From Oikopleura dioica (Eukaryota > Animalia > Chordata), in contig OU015566.1 of NCBI GenBank assembly GCA_907165135.1, positions 3,410,001 to 3,474,000 on the forward strand: a stretch of DNA of 64,000 bases, in the 5' to 3' direction. Both the position numbers and the translations under genes were made by a program. Numbering within the stretch: the stretch's first letter is position 1; the number at the start of each line of letters is the position of its first letter. The notes below the pieces were generated by a model, which was not told the origin of the DNA, ran no database searches, and saw nothing but the letters and a program-made list of their open reading frames with translations. Of this stretch, positions 62,941-64,000 are shown in pieces.

Positions 62941-64000
62941 AATTATGTAGCTACAGTCCAAAATCGAGAAAGCTGTTTCTACCCTCTTAATAAAAAAAAG
63001 ATTTAAATTTTTTTTTGTTATATTTTTTCAAAAATAAGGGTGTCATCATCATAAATTTAAAAATTTAATTAAAAATTAAAAACAATTGCTCCGATAGTCA
63101 TCCTTTCTTCTTCCTGCTGAAAATCTAGCGAAAAATTGCCATTTTCTCCCTCAAAAAGTACAACCCTTTTTGAAAAGGTTATTTCGCTAGTAAAGCTCTC
63201 ATTTTTTCTCTCTTCAAAAATGTCATTCTCACGCTGAAAAAGAAAGAACGCTCCCTTATTTCTTCAGAATCGAAGCAAAAATTCTTGTCTCCAATCGCCT
63301 CTTGAAAATCTTTGGCACAATGCTCTCTTCTGTTTGAATTTCAATCGTCAATATTTTATCCGCTCATAAATCAAACGAAATCATTTTCTGTTTCATTTTT
63401 TTCACGAAAGAGCATCATTTCCTGACTCGACAAAGGATCTATCAAGTAAGCCGCCGAAATCGTCCTCGTCGTCTTGGTCATTTTCTTCTTCCTCGATTCT
63501 TTCGGTGGATTCGTCGTCGTCGGAATAATTGGCGGCGAGGACGGCGGAGGAGAAGATGTCGTCGGGATCGGGGTCTGTCAGGTCTGACTCATTTCGGCTA
63601 GAATGATATGAAGTAATGTTTGGTTAGGGTTAGGATAAGGGTGAAAATACACATCAAATTTGGAACATTAATAATCAAAAGATGAAGTAGATAAAATTTT
63701 TTCTTAAAAATCAGATGGCCATCAGAAGGCCTTGGTTCATTCTAGATCTGATTAAAATCATAGCCTGTAGATTTTTGCACATAAAAAGTAGCTTCGAATG
63801 CACTCAAAGTATCATTTTAAAATGATCTCGAAAAGGAGTTTTAACAGGTTGTGTTCGATATTTCTTGTACCAATTGTACTTTTAAATCACTTCAAAATGA
63901 AAACTTGTGGGTTATGACGAAGTCTGCTATACAAACCGTTTTGGTTGTCAAATAAATAAAAAATTCTTACGTTAAAGTTTCTGCCATAGAAATTATTTCC

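Noticed and set aside
1-64000. tRNA, rRNA, spliced-leader RNA and CRISPR arrays
   Set aside because: None recognised by eye. A tRNAscan-SE or Infernal run would be needed to exclude small ncRNAs.

Overview
This is eukaryotic, gene-dense, AT-rich DNA with many introns of about 40-50 bp and several GA-AG introns. That signature points to the larvacean tunicate Oikopleura dioica (inference). I reconstructed about 20 spliced genes by hand, and most are invisible or fragmented in the ORF track. Well-supported genes are a four-zinc-finger muscleblind, kynurenine formamidase, an SDR16C dehydrogenase, an SLC22-like transporter, two GT7/chondroitin-synthase-like paralogs, a two-kringle mucin and a ~1780-aa TSP1-repeat secreted protein. 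Main highlights: (1) a hidden 3-exon galanin-like neuropeptide precursor (GWTLNS) at 8566-8991; (2) a selenoprotein iodothyronine deiodinase (in-frame TGA in NFGSCT-U-PPF plus a 3'UTR SECIS), whose 5.2-kb intron holds an antisense gene that is itself interrupted by a gag-pro-only LTR retroelement with identical LTRs; (3) a 2.46-kb long-TIR DNA element with an 8-bp TSD that carries an EF-hand cargo gene and sits inside an exon; (4) an atypical kinase fused to a papain-like Cys-His-Asn domain, with a MITE in one exon; (5) a C-type lectin preceded by three copies of an unrecognised ~200-aa module. Several single-base frameshifts in homopolymers look like assembly errors. All splice models are manual and untested.
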